In this document: positions 31,432 through 32,000 of the stretch, piece by piece
Numbering within the stretch: the stretch's first letter is position 1
How the letters are laid out: every line of letters begins with the position of its first letter
Assembly: GCA_041662745.1 (NCBI GenBank)
Contig: JBAZRV010000002.1
Span: 90,001 to 122,000, forward strand
DNA from: Patescibacteria group bacterium
GTDB taxonomy: Bacteria > Patescibacteriota > Patescibacteriia > 2-01-FULL-39-33
Length of the DNA: 32,000 nucleotides
Direction of reading: 5' to 3'
Made by a program: the position numbers and the translations under genes
Notes under the pieces: generated by a model
The model's database searches: none
What the model was told of the DNA's origin: nothing
The model's input: the letters and a program-made list of their open reading frames with translations, nothing else

Positions 31432-32000
31432 TAGTTTTCGGATCAGATCCGGCAATTTTAAATAGTTCCTCCAGCGTCGCTCAAAGAGCTATTGATGCCA
31501 GTATTGGTATTGATAAATATTCAGTAATCGTTCCTAATTATTCCGATGTAATAAAGCAGCATCAAGAAAATCTCTGGATTTACGGAGTCAACGCTAAAAA
31601 TAAAATAGTTGCTTCATATAAGATTTATCGCCTGGCCAATCAGCTTTTAAAAAAAGAAAAATTTGATTTAATTACCACCCCCGATGCTTATTATCTGGCT
31701 TTGGCCGGTTGGCTGTTGACCAGAAAAAATAAAATAAAATTAGAAGTTCAAATCCATGGCTTTGAAAAATTTTTTGGTCTGCGGAAACTCATTGCTAAAT
31801 TTGTTTTACCCCGGGCTGATGCCGTCAGGGTTGTCAGTGAGCGGCTCAGAAGAATGATGGTTAGGGAGTTTGGGGTTGTTAATGATAAAATTACGGTCGT
31901 GCCGGTTTTTTCTCCGCCTTACATAAATAATGATAATAGTAATCAGCCAGCGGCAGAACGCCAAGCGGGCAAGTTTGTTTTTTTAACTGTTTCTCGGTTG
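31432..32000 (+). CDS. glycosyltransferase (GT4-like N-terminal domain), 3'-truncated by the window end
   Basis: Open frame from the ATG at 31432 to the window edge: MRILVFGSDPAIL...DLITTPDAYYLALAGWLL...RADAVRVVSERL... Not in the supplied ORF track because no stop is reached. Confidence 0.6.

Noticed and set aside
1-32000. Alternative genetic code (UGA recoding), as found in some candidate phyla
   Set aside because: All large genes are intact under the standard bacterial code, with no in-frame TGA needed. TGA terminates the HD gene. Only its rarity as a stop codon is notable.

Overview
Densely coding 32-kb window, mostly on the + strand. G+C is about 45-50% by hand count of sample lines, with two sharply AT-rich patches. 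The content is a cell-envelope and glycan region. It holds two ECF sigma/anti-sigma modules and a 1189-aa Thr/Ser-rich secreted repeat protein. It also has a secreted 2xFN3 protein, two paralogous Wzy_C (O-antigen-ligase-like) membrane proteins with TPR-like C-termini, and a MacAB/YknXYZ-like tripartite ABC exporter. A standalone HD-domain (p)ppGpp-hydrolase-like gene and one tRNA-Glu(CUC) are present. A + strand glycosylation operon follows: nucleotide-sugar dehydrogenase-like, GT4, GT-C/PMT-like, Ppm1/DPM1-like GT2, a three-domain fusion enzyme, and a further GT4 that runs off the window. The gene style resembles Candidate Phyla Radiation (Patescibacteria) genomes: a DUF5667-like anti-sigma factor, almost no Shine-Dalgarno sequences, and tiny intergenic gaps. 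That placement is inference only. I found no CRISPR array, transposase, integrase or rRNA. The observations I rank highest are: (1) a single ORF fusing a Zn-ribbon SAM methyltransferase, a GT4 glycosyltransferase and a cobalamin-type radical SAM enzyme, next to a polyprenyl-phosphate-sugar synthase and GT-C pair; (2) giant surface proteins co-located with Wzy_C-TPR proteins, a candidate surface-protein O-glycosylation or assembly system; (3) a diverged 183-bp tandem duplication that doubles an interdigitated divergent promoter pair and leaves two gene-start remnants; (4) a shared ECF-type promoter motif placed so that both sigma operons would be leaderless; (5) a ~400-nt non-coding region with nested and mutually exclusive helices upstream of the giant surface protein gene; (6) a ~25% G+C orphan gene abutting the tRNA 3' side, plus a similarly AT-rich patch inside a GT4 gene. 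All functional calls come from motif recognition by eye. No database searches were run.
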